From contig OZ219815.1 of NCBI GenBank assembly GCA_964291235.2, positions 160,001 to 224,000 on the forward strand: 64,000 nt of DNA, given 5' to 3'. This document shows positions 1 to 8,289 of this stretch, piece after piece. Within the stretch, counting starts at the first letter, position 1, and each line of letters opens with the position of its first letter. Under the pieces are notes generated by a model, which did no database searches, had not been told where the DNA came from, and saw only the letters and a program-made list of their open reading frames with translations. This DNA is from Vicinamibacteria bacterium. GTDB lineage: Bacteria; Acidobacteriota; Vicinamibacteria; Marinacidobacterales; Marinacidobacteraceae. A program made the position numbers and the translations under genes.

Positions 1-1
1 C

Positions 2-874
2 CGGAGGGGAGCACGCCCGGCCCAACTCCGCCGCATGAAGCAGGGGCTCGAAGAATTCGTGTCCGCGCGCTTCGGCGAGCAGGATGAAGCGCTCTTCGTG
101 GACTTCGCCGAGGTGCCGAGAATCGCCCGGGGGTGGCGGACCGGCCCCGCCGAAACACTCTCCGAGGTCGGAAACATCACTCCGATCGGTTTCCGGAGCC
201 CGGTCGGCCCGGCGGAGGACGCCGCCGATGCGGTCTTCATGCTCGAGGCGCTCGCCGGACGCCTGGCAGAGTTGCCCGGACGAAAAGTGGTCGTGCTCTT
301 CTCCGGGAGCCTCAGCGCCTTCGTAGGCCAGGCGGGAGGGGATCTCGTAGCCGTCCGGAGTCCGCGAACGTGGCAGTCGAACGCGCCACCCGAATCGCGG
401 GGAGGAACCGACGACGCGGCGCGGCCGCTCGCCCGCGCCTTCAACGCCGCGAACGCCTCCCTCTACCCGGTTCACCTTGAGGGCGTGCAACGGCAGGAGG
501 AGGGCATCCTGGAGGCCAGCCGGGAGGAGTTTGTCGGGACCGCGCGGGACCAAAACGGCAGTGTGGTGGGCTTGCGGCGGGCTCGCGATTCCTCCGCCTC
601 GCTATCCGGCCGAAGGAAACAGGCGTTCGCCCGGCCCGCGGACGACTTCCTCTCTGCTCTGGCGTCCGGGACGGGCGGCCTCTACACCGCCCAGGCGACC
701 GATTTCGCCCGGATCCTGGACGGCATCGAAGCTTCCAACCGGCTCTGGTACGAGCTCAGCTTCGAGTCCTTAGGCTCCAACATACCGGGCCGCTATCAAC
801 CCCACGAAGTCCGGGTCCGGAACGGTCGGGGCCTCCAGGTGATCGTCCGCCCGGGCCACGTGGTCCCGAACTGA
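2..874 (+). CDS. VWA-related (Acidobacterial VWFA) domain protein, 5'-truncated by window edge
   Basis: Frame is open upstream of ATG35 (RRGARPAQLRR, matching NRRGAEAAQLSR of the next paralog); PGRKVVVLFS, LASGTGG and WYELSF motifs. Confidence 0.8.
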   Translation, partial: RRGARPAQLRRMKQGLEEFVSARFGEQDEALFVDFAEVPRIARGWRTGPAETLSEVGNITPIGFRSPVGPAEDAADAVFMLEALAGRLAELPGRKVVVLFSGSLSAFVGQAGGDLVAVRSPRTWQSNAPPESRGGTDDAARPLARAFNAANASLYPVHLEGVQRQEEGILEASREEFVGTARDQNGSVVGLRRARDSSASLSGRRKQAFARPADDFLSALASGTGGLYTAQATDFARILDGIEASNRLWYELSFESLGSNIPGRYQPHEVRVRNGRGLQVIVRPGHVVPN

Positions 875-888
875 GGCACCGCTCGGAG

Positions 889-1944
889 ATGCCTCGAATG
901 TTCGGGAAATGCGTCCCGGCCACCGTTCTTGTTGCGGCGCTCTGCGCACCCGCCGTCTCCGCCGGCGAGGAAACCAGCGTCACGCTCGAGGTGCTGGTGC
1001 TCGATCCTGACGGAAAACCCCGCTCCGGCCTGACCGCCGACGATTTCCTCGTGACCCGGCACGGCCAGGAGCAGGCGCTACCCATCGTTGAGGAACAGGC
1101 CGCCGGGAAAGCGCCGCGACGGTTCGTGTTCGTGTTCAACCGCCGCGGCGCGGAGGCCGCGCAGCTCAGCCGGGCGCTCCGGGGGCTCGAGTCGTTCATC
1201 GAAGATCAAATGTCCGACTCGGACCAGTCCCTGTTCGCGGATCTGGGAGAGACCCTGCGAATCGGCCGTGCGTTCGGGCCGGGGAAACAGGTCGCGCGCG
1301 GGGGCCTGCAAACCATCCCGGCGATGGGATACCGAAGCCCCGCCGGGGCGACGGAAGACGCCGCCGCGGCGGCCGAGTTGCTGGTGTTGGTCGCCGAGCG
1401 TCTGGCCGCGACGCCCGGACGCAAGATCGTGGTGCTGTTCTCGGAGAGCGTCAGCAGCTTTTCGTACGCGTCGGAACAACCCGGCACGTTCAGGACGTCC
1501 AATGTAACGATGATTCGTCCCGGTGCGCGGGGCGAGACGGATGCCGGGCTTGCCTCGATCACCCAACGGTTGGTCGGGGTGCAGGCGACCGTCCACGTCA
1601 TCCACCTCGAGGGCGTGCGCGAGTACGACGAGCTGATCCTGACGGCCGAACGCGACCAGTCGAACCCGTTCCGAGCCTTTTCCTCCACCTCCTTCGAGGG
1701 CCGTTTCCGAACCGTCTCGCCGCGCAGTGGGGACGACATCCTGTCCAGCGTTGCCGCCGAGAGCGGGGGCCTTTATTTTGCCCGCGCCACGGGATTCCGG
1801 AATCCGCTCGATCGCATCGAGTCCCGCAATCGTGCCTGGTACCGGTTGACGCTGGACGGCGCCGGACCGGCCGCCGCCGCCTCGAGTGGCATCGAAGTGC
1901 GGGTGCCGGGCTGCGAGGACTGCCAGGTGCTGACCGGGCGGTAG
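889..1944 (+). CDS. Secreted VWA-related domain protein
   Basis: Signal peptide; VTLEVLVLDPDGKPRSGLTADDF, PGRKIVVLFS, AAESGG; paralog of both neighbours; start could be ATG898. Confidence 0.8.
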   Translation: MPRMFGKCVPATVLVAALCAPAVSAGEETSVTLEVLVLDPDGKPRSGLTADDFLVTRHGQEQALPIVEEQAAGKAPRRFVFVFNRRGAEAAQLSRALRGLESFIEDQMSDSDQSLFADLGETLRIGRAFGPGKQVARGGLQTIPAMGYRSPAGATEDAAAAAELLVLVAERLAATPGRKIVVLFSESVSSFSYASEQPGTFRTSNVTMIRPGARGETDAGLASITQRLVGVQATVHVIHLEGVREYDELILTAERDQSNPFRAFSSTSFEGRFRTVSPRSGDDILSSVAAESGGLYFARATGFRNPLDRIESRNRAWYRLTLDGAGPAAAASSGIEVRVPGCEDCQVLTGR

Positions 1945-1993
1945 TCCGGCGCCGGCGAAGCCCAGAAGTCTGCGCCCTTCGTTTCACGGTACG

Positions 1994-3946
1994 ATGGCCC
2001 GGAGGTTCGACGTGCGCATCATGATCGGAAGGGCGGACGCCACCCGCTGGCGCCCGGTGCTTCTGGTGGCGTTCGGGCTCATCCTCCTGTCCTGCCTCGC
2101 GGTTGCGCAGACCTTCCGGTTCCGGGCCGCCACCACCCGCGTCATCGTGGACGTGCTGGTGCTCGACGACGACGGGACGCCCGTCTCCGGTCTCACTGCC
2201 GACGATTTCGAGTTGTCGGAGGACGGAGAGCCGCAGCGGGTCGCGAGCATCGACGTGGTGGACTGGCAGCGCTACGAGTTGGGGGAGGCCCTCCCCGCGG
2301 AGACCCCGGCGATCGATCTCGAACCCGCCGACGCCGGCAACGCCTCACCCCGCCGGTTCGTGATTGTGTTCAACCGCCGCGGCGCCGACCCGGTGAACCT
2401 CCGGCGCGCCAAGCGCGGACTCGAGGACTTCGTAGTCGAGCACATGGTGGACGGGGACGAGACGATGATCCTCGAGTTCGCCCACACCGTTCGCGTGCTC
2501 CAGGAGTTCTACTCGGGCAAGGAGCAGACGCTCGCGAACATCCGCCGGATCGTTCCCGGAACCTACCAAAGCCCCGTTGGACCCGAAATCGACGCCCGCG
2601 ACTCCTACGAGATGCTGTTCGCTCTCGCGGACGCGCTCGAGTCGGTGGAAGGGCGCAAGATCGTGGTCTTCCTCTCGATGAATCTCCAAACCTTCGCCGA
2701 CCCCCGGCAGGTCGTCGGCGAGATTGCCGGCACCGAAGTGGACCAGTTCCCCGGGCGGAGGGCGCTCGACATGACGCGCAGTCTCCGCGAGGCGATCCTC
2801 CAGTTGAATCACGCGAACGCCACCCTCTACGCGGTAGATCTGACCGGTGTGTACGGCAGCGAAAACGACATCCTGAACCCCAGCCTGAACTCCTTCGGCG
2901 TGCTCGGCAACCCGATTCCCGTGGAGCCCGACGATCATCCGCTCACCCGGATGGAGGCCGCCGCCCAAATCCCGGCGGAGGGCGGAGCCGCTTCGCTCGC
3001 GGTCGCCACCGGGGGGACCTACTTCCCGAACCAGACGAACTTCGCCGTCGCGCTCAACCGCATCGGCATCCAGAACCAGCTCTACTACCTGCTGTCGTTC
3101 TCGCCCACGAAGACGGACTTGGACGGCGAGTACCGGCAGATCGAGGTCCGGGTACGCGACCGGCCCGACCTGCGGGTGATCGCCCGGCCGGGTTACTTCG
3201 CGCGGCGCCGCGGCGACGTCGTCGAGGCGGCGGCCCGCGGCGACTACGGGTACGCCTTTCCCGAGGATCTGAACACCTACGCGTACCTCCTGAATCCCCG
3301 GCCGCACGGCGCCTTCGGAATGCTCGCCGCCGCCCTGCCCGAGTCCTACGTGGAGGAGCCCGCCGAGCTTCGGCTTCGGGTGGTGGGCCCGGGCGGGGCG
3401 GTGCTCACCGAGGCCGCCGGTCCGGTGGATTTCCGCCGCTTCTGGATCTCGACGCCCGCGGAACTGCCTTCGGGTGAACACGAACTCCAACTGACAGTCG
3501 AACGCGGCGGCGAAACCGTGCACGAGGGATCCTCGATGCTGACCATTCCCACCGCGTTCGGGGAGACCTTCTCGCTGTCGAGCGTCTTCCCGTTCGTCGC
3601 GGAAGAGCACGCTCCGGAGGCGGTCGGGCCGCCGGTGCGGCCGGTGGCCACCTTCGCCGGGGCGGAGGATGCGCGCGTCGCCTTCTTCATCTTTCCGGGA
3701 CGGGACGATCCCGTTTCGCAGGTCCGGGTCGCCTACGAGATCCGGAACGCGTCCGGCGAGATGGCGGTCGAAGCGGAGCGGCCAGGACGCTTCGATCTCG
3801 ACCCGGACCGCCCGGAAGGCACTCCCATCCTGCTGCCGCTCCAGACAGCGACGCTGAGGGCCGGCCGCTACTCCGCGGTGGTCCGGGTCACCGACGACAC
3901 CCGGAACCGTTCCGCGGTCGGCGAGTTGTCCTTCCTGATCCGTTGA
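1994..3946 (+). CDS. VWA-related domain protein with C-terminal beta-sandwich extensions
   Basis: VIVDVLVLDDDGTPVSGLTADDFELSEDGEPQ, EGRKIVVFLS, LAVATGG, YYLLSF, ARPGYFA; start may be ATG2021. Confidence 0.85.
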   Translation: MARRFDVRIMIGRADATRWRPVLLVAFGLILLSCLAVAQTFRFRAATTRVIVDVLVLDDDGTPVSGLTADDFELSEDGEPQRVASIDVVDWQRYELGEALPAETPAIDLEPADAGNASPRRFVIVFNRRGADPVNLRRAKRGLEDFVVEHMVDGDETMILEFAHTVRVLQEFYSGKEQTLANIRRIVPGTYQSPVGPEIDARDSYEMLFALADALESVEGRKIVVFLSMNLQTFADPRQVVGEIAGTEVDQFPGRRALDMTRSLREAILQLNHANATLYAVDLTGVYGSENDILNPSLNSFGVLGNPIPVEPDDHPLTRMEAAAQIPAEGGAASLAVATGGTYFPNQTNFAVALNRIGIQNQLYYLLSFSPTKTDLDGEYRQIEVRVRDRPDLRVIARPGYFARRRGDVVEAAARGDYGYAFPEDLNTYAYLLNPRPHGAFGMLAAALPESYVEEPAELRLRVVGPGGAVLTEAAGPVDFRRFWISTPAELPSGEHELQLTVERGGETVHEGSSMLTIPTAFGETFSLSSVFPFVAEEHAPEAVGPPVRPVATFAGAEDARVAFFIFPGRDDPVSQVRVAYEIRNASGEMAVEAERPGRFDLDPDRPEGTPILLPLQTATLRAGRYSAVVRVTDDTRNRSAVGELSFLIR

Positions 3947-3962
3947 GCGGTCGTTGAGCGAC

Positions 3963-4334
3963 TTCGGGGCGGGAACCCGCCCCCGGTGGCCAGATCCGGG
4001 TCATCAGCGGCGAATTCCACCGGTTCCCGCTCCGAAGCCGCCCGGCGCTCCGCGCCGCAAATCAAAACTCCCTTGCGCGCCTGCCGCGCGCGGCGGCGAG
4101 TTCCGATTTGTCGTTTCCTTCTTGTGAAAGGGGAGAATCCCCCCTTTCACACTTTCCCCCGAAATCGCGGGCAGCGAACCAGTTCGCTGCCATCAACTTT
4201 TCGGCTCGATCCGTTTCCGGCAACGAAGAGAACGTAGACACCCACGCGGCGGGGACCCGAACCGGTGGCTAGCTAGACCCGGATCATCAGCGGGCATTCC
4301 ACCGGTCCCCGCCCCGAACCCGCCCGGCGCTCCG
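3963..4334. repeat. Two imperfect ~90-bp palindromic direct repeats (3963-4052, 4246-4334) flanking an 11-bp-stem hairpin (4123-4151)
   Basis: Shared core ccggtgg...tcatcagcgg...ttccaccggt(t/c)cccgc(t/c)ccgaa..cgcccggcgctccg; tgtgaaagggg/cccctttcaca inverted pair between them. Confidence 0.65.
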
Positions 4335-4371
4335 CCCCCCCACCGGGAGAACCGGCGCGCGGTAAAGACGT

Positions 4372-5385
4372 TCAGGCCGAGTCCGTCGAGAACCCGTGAG
4401 CGAGGCGGTCCCGGGAATCGAGCGGGAACTGGTGGAACCCGGTGATGTGGGCGGAGCCGGTGATCTCCGGGATGATGGCCTTCCGGTTCCCGAGCCGGGC
4501 CTCCCCGACCATCCGCGCGAGGAACATCCCCCCGGTCACGCTCTCGATCCGCACTCCGCGCTCCGGACCGAGTTCTCCTTTCCGGTGGAGCACCGCGAGC
4601 CGGGCACAGTTTCCGGTTCCGCCGGGAGAGCGATCGAACTGACCGGGCCCGAAGACATGCACGTTCCGGTATGTCGCGGCCGGATCTTCGGGACGGGACA
4701 ACACGGTGGCGATGCCGATGTGGTCGCTGCCCGGAATCTCGGGATGACGGACCGAAAGGTTGCGGTTCGCCGCCTCCCGAACCCGGAGGCCCAGCTCCAC
4801 CACCTCGCGGATGTTGCGAAGCGAAACCTCGATTCCGAGCGCGTCGGCGTCCACATAGACGAACCAGTTACCGCCGTAGGCGACATCCACCCTCAGTTCG
4901 CCGAGTCCGGGCACCGGGAGCGATACGTCGAGGTGTTCCACGAACGAGGGCACACCCCGGAAGGTGACCGAAACCGCGCGTCCTTCCCGGACCGCTACCA
5001 CCGACTCCACGGGCCCGGCCGGCGTCTCGAACCGGATCCGGCGACGCGGCCCCTCGCCGGTGACCATTCCCATTTGGACGAGCGCCGTCGAGACCCCGAC
5101 GGTGGCGTGACCGCACATGTCCAGGTAGCCGCCGCCATCCATGAAGAACATGCCGAACCCGGCATCCGTCCCCGCCGGCTCGGAAAGCACGCAGCCGAAC
5201 ATGTCCCGGTGGCCCCGCGGCTCGTGGAGCAGCGCGGTGCGGAGGTGATCGAGATGGGTCCGGAAGAAATCCCGCTTTTCTGAGATCGACTCGCCGGCGA
5301 GGGGGCCGACCCCGCCGGTGATGATCCGGGTCGGCTCCCCTTCCGTGTGGGTGTCCACGGCATTCAGCCACCGGGATGCCTGCAT
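4372..5385 (-). CDS. Proline racemase/hydroxyproline epimerase family protein (second catalytic Cys replaced by Gly)
   Basis: DTHTEGEPTR, EPRGHRDMFG, MCGH, DVAYGGN, DRSPGGTG, ITGSAHITG motifs. Confidence 0.9.
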   Translation of the reverse strand: MQASRWLNAVDTHTEGEPTRIITGGVGPLAGESISEKRDFFRTHLDHLRTALLHEPRGHRDMFGCVLSEPAGTDAGFGMFFMDGGGYLDMCGHATVGVSTALVQMGMVTGEGPRRRIRFETPAGPVESVVAVREGRAVSVTFRGVPSFVEHLDVSLPVPGLGELRVDVAYGGNWFVYVDADALGIEVSLRNIREVVELGLRVREAANRNLSVRHPEIPGSDHIGIATVLSRPEDPAATYRNVHVFGPGQFDRSPGGTGNCARLAVLHRKGELGPERGVRIESVTGGMFLARMVGEARLGNRKAIIPEITGSAHITGFHQFPLDSRDRLAHGFSTDSA

Positions 5386-5400
5386 ATTCGGTCCTCCAGG

Positions 5401-6660
5401 TCAGTGGTCAACGGTGCGTAATGGCCGGTGTCGCCAGAGCAGCCAGTTCAGGAAGGTCGCCACCGCAGCCATCGCCACCACGATTCCAAAGGCCCCGTCC
5501 CAACCGTGAGCATCGATCAGATACCCCATCCCGACCCCCGTGAAGATCGCGCCCGCCGCTCCGATCCCGTCCACGATTCCGGAGGCGGAAGCCGAGGCTT
5601 TTGTCCCCCCGAAGTCCATCACCATGGCTCCCGACATCAGGGAATAGGGGCCGTAGAGCGTGAAGCCCACGAGCCCAAGCGCCGCTGCCAGCCAGAGGCT
5701 CTCCTCGGCCGGCAATCGGCTGAACAGGTAGATGGAGAGCGTGAGCACGACGCTCATGATCGCAAGCACCGGCCCCCGCCCGGCACCCACCCGGTCGGAA
5801 ACCCACCCGGCGGTTATGGAGCCCGCCGAACCGAGCAGCGGGAAAACTGCCGAGGCGGCGGCCGCGGCGCCGATCCCGGCGCCCGCCTGCACCAGGTAAT
5901 CCACCGACCATCCCCAGAAGGTGTAGCGGATCACGGAGAGCAACAGATAGCTTGTGCACATGATCCAAAACGCCGGGCTCGCCAGCATCCGGCGGCGCAA
6001 GCCGCCCCCCTGCCCGCTCCCGGCAACCGGATCGCGGAGCGTTTCCGGAGGCGCGGGAGCTGGCGGCGCGGCGGGCGGATCCGGCCGGATGAGGCGGTAG
6101 AGCGCGAGCCCGAGCAAAGCCAGCAGGCCGGCGTGCGCCCAAAAAAGTCCGGACCAGCCAAGCGCCACGACCAACACCGCGGCCGAAGCGCGGGCGGCGA
6201 AGTCGCCGAGCTGGTAGCTGATCGACATGAACCCCATCACCCGGCCGCTCTCCCGGCTGGGGTACCAGCGGGCCATGATCGGCATGATGGCCAGCCAGCC
6301 CATCGTCTGGAAATACGCGTTGACGCCCCAGACCGCGACGAAGAAGAGGAGTTCCCGGCCGAAACCGAAGACCGCGTTCATGAGCACGGAACCGAAGACG
6401 CCGATGAAGAACATCGCCTTGCCCCCGATGCGGTCACCGAGGAATCCGTTCAGAAGTTTCGACGCCGCGTACACCGCGAAGTACACCGACAGGATCAGCC
6501 CGGTCTCGGTGCTGGAATAGTCAAAGGCCTCCCCGATCAACGGTAGGGCCACCGGGAGCGTGACGCGGCCCAGGTAGTACCCCGCGTAGGCGACGAACAG
6601 GAGCACCGTCAGCAGCAGGCGCTGCCGCCCAAAACCCGGTGACTCCGCGACGCCCCTCAC
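5401..6660 (-). CDS. MFS transporter, organophosphate:Pi antiporter (GlpT/UhpC-like) family
   Basis: About 12 hydrophobic segments; YAGYYLGR, GFLGDRIG, WYPSRESG, GWVSDR; 15 bp upstream of the racemase gene. Confidence 0.85.
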   Translation of the reverse strand: MRGVAESPGFGRQRLLLTVLLFVAYAGYYLGRVTLPVALPLIGEAFDYSSTETGLILSVYFAVYAASKLLNGFLGDRIGGKAMFFIGVFGSVLMNAVFGFGRELLFFVAVWGVNAYFQTMGWLAIMPIMARWYPSRESGRVMGFMSISYQLGDFAARASAAVLVVALGWSGLFWAHAGLLALLGLALYRLIRPDPPAAPPAPAPPETLRDPVAGSGQGGGLRRRMLASPAFWIMCTSYLLLSVIRYTFWGWSVDYLVQAGAGIGAAAAASAVFPLLGSAGSITAGWVSDRVGAGRGPVLAIMSVVLTLSIYLFSRLPAEESLWLAAALGLVGFTLYGPYSLMSGAMVMDFGGTKASASASGIVDGIGAAGAIFTGVGMGYLIDAHGWDGAFGIVVAMAAVATFLNWLLWRHRPLRTVDH

Positions 6661-7169
6661 CTCAGCGCCCGCCGAGTTCGATCAATGCTTCCATCCGCGG
6701 GGGTGGGTCCCAACCGGTGCGTTCGGAGTGAGAAGAGGCCAGCCGCTAACAGCCCGTGGACGAGGTGGCGTGAGCACCGAGGCCCCGCCGGGGCACTGCC
6801 CTGCAAGAGGTGCGGCTGACCCAGTTCTCGCGGCGGCGCCAGACAGAGGAAGCCCTGGCGTACTTCGACCGAAGCGCAACGACGAGTGAAGCAAGGGCAA
6901 GCGGTTCAGCCGGTATGTTTGTTGGTCCAACGCCACCTCACCTCGTTTACAGGCTGTTCTCGCCGTGGAGCCGCAGGGCTGGCGGCCTCTCAATTACACT
7001 AGCCCCGGTTGCGGGGGAGGAATGTGGGGGGAGGAGAGTCTTGGTTCCGGCTGACTCCAGCCGCTCCACCCCCTCCGTCCCGACCACCGCTGACGGGGAC
7101 GCAACGCCCGGGTCGCCTTCTTCATCCTCCGCAGGCGCGAAGATCCGGCGTCGCAGATTCGAGTGAACT

Positions 7170-8252
7170 ATGAAATCCGGAACCAGGCCAGGACCAGCCA
7201 TGCGGCCCACCGGGCAAATCCGTGAACTGTCCGATGGGCTGAGAAGCGCGTTCGACGGATCGAACGTCAAGGACCGGGTGCAGGACTTCGAAGGATGGAC
7301 CGACCGGGCGTCCCACGCAGATTCCACCCGGGAGTACGACCACACGCGGACCGTCAGGGAGTACTACGACCTCTGTACCGAGTTCATGGTCTGGGGCTGG
7401 GGAGAATCCCTGCACTTTGCGCCGCTGTCGCCTTTCGAGAGCTTGGAGGACTCGAAGATCAGGCACCAGAGAGTCATGATCTCCAAACTCGACCTGCGTC
7501 CGGACATGACGGTGATTGATGTCGGCTGCGGGATCGGCGGTCCGATGCGCCGCGTCGCCCGTGAGGCCGGAGTCAGGGTTGTCGGGATCAACGCCAGTGA
7601 AGTCCAGAGCAACAAGGCCAGGCAATTGAACACCGCTGCGGGACTCGATGACATGACCGAATGTCTGCAATGCAGCTTCATGGACATGAGTGCGATCGCG
7701 GACGAGACCTTCGACCGTGGCTACGCGATCGAATCAACCTGCCATGCGGCCGACAAGGTGGGCGCGTTCGCCGAAATCTACCGTGTCCTGAAGCCCGGAG
7801 CTCTCTTCTGGGGCCAGGAAATGTGCATGACGGACATCTACGACCCGGGCAGCGACCAGCAACGCGCCATCAAGCGGGAGCTCATGCACGGCATCGCGCT
7901 CAAGGACATCGCGACGTTCGGCGAGGTGCATCGGGCGCTCGAAACCGCCGGATTCGAAGTCGTGGAGGGGGCGGATCTCGCCATCGGTCAACAGCGTCCG
8001 CACACGCCGTGGTATCAGCCCATGGAAACGCGGCGCGGGCTGCCCGGGAGCACTTTCCGCCGGATTCCGGTGGGTCGCAGGGCGACGGGGTGGGGAATCA
8101 GGATAGCGGAGTTCCTCGGTGTGTTCCCGAAGGGCTCGGCGGAGGTGGTCGCACTGCTGGATCGGACCGCAAACGCCTATGTCGCGGGGGGCAGGACGGG
8201 AATCTTCACACCGCTTTACTGCTTCGTGGCGCGCCGGCCTCTTTCGGGTTAG
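7170..8252 (+). CDS. smt: Sterol 24-C-methyltransferase (ERG6/SMT-like)
   Basis: YYDLCTEF..WGWGESLHFAP (region I), DVGCGIGGP (SAM binding), YAIESTCHA (region III), YRVLKPG, C-terminal GGRTGIFTPLYCFVARRP typical of the SMT C-terminal domain; start may be ATG7200. Confidence 0.88.
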   Translation: MKSGTRPGPAMRPTGQIRELSDGLRSAFDGSNVKDRVQDFEGWTDRASHADSTREYDHTRTVREYYDLCTEFMVWGWGESLHFAPLSPFESLEDSKIRHQRVMISKLDLRPDMTVIDVGCGIGGPMRRVAREAGVRVVGINASEVQSNKARQLNTAAGLDDMTECLQCSFMDMSAIADETFDRGYAIESTCHAADKVGAFAEIYRVLKPGALFWGQEMCMTDIYDPGSDQQRAIKRELMHGIALKDIATFGEVHRALETAGFEVVEGADLAIGQQRPHTPWYQPMETRRGLPGSTFRRIPVGRRATGWGIRIAEFLGVFPKGSAEVVALLDRTANAYVAGGRTGIFTPLYCFVARRPLSG

Positions 8253-8289
8253 CCCCGCCCACCTGGGGGCTCTTCCCCCCGCGCGCCCG

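Noticed and set aside
6682-7166. Short ORFs or a tRNA/ncRNA upstream of the SMT gene
   Set aside because: No cloverleaf or known RNA motif recognised; the ORFs have no credible RBS or family signature
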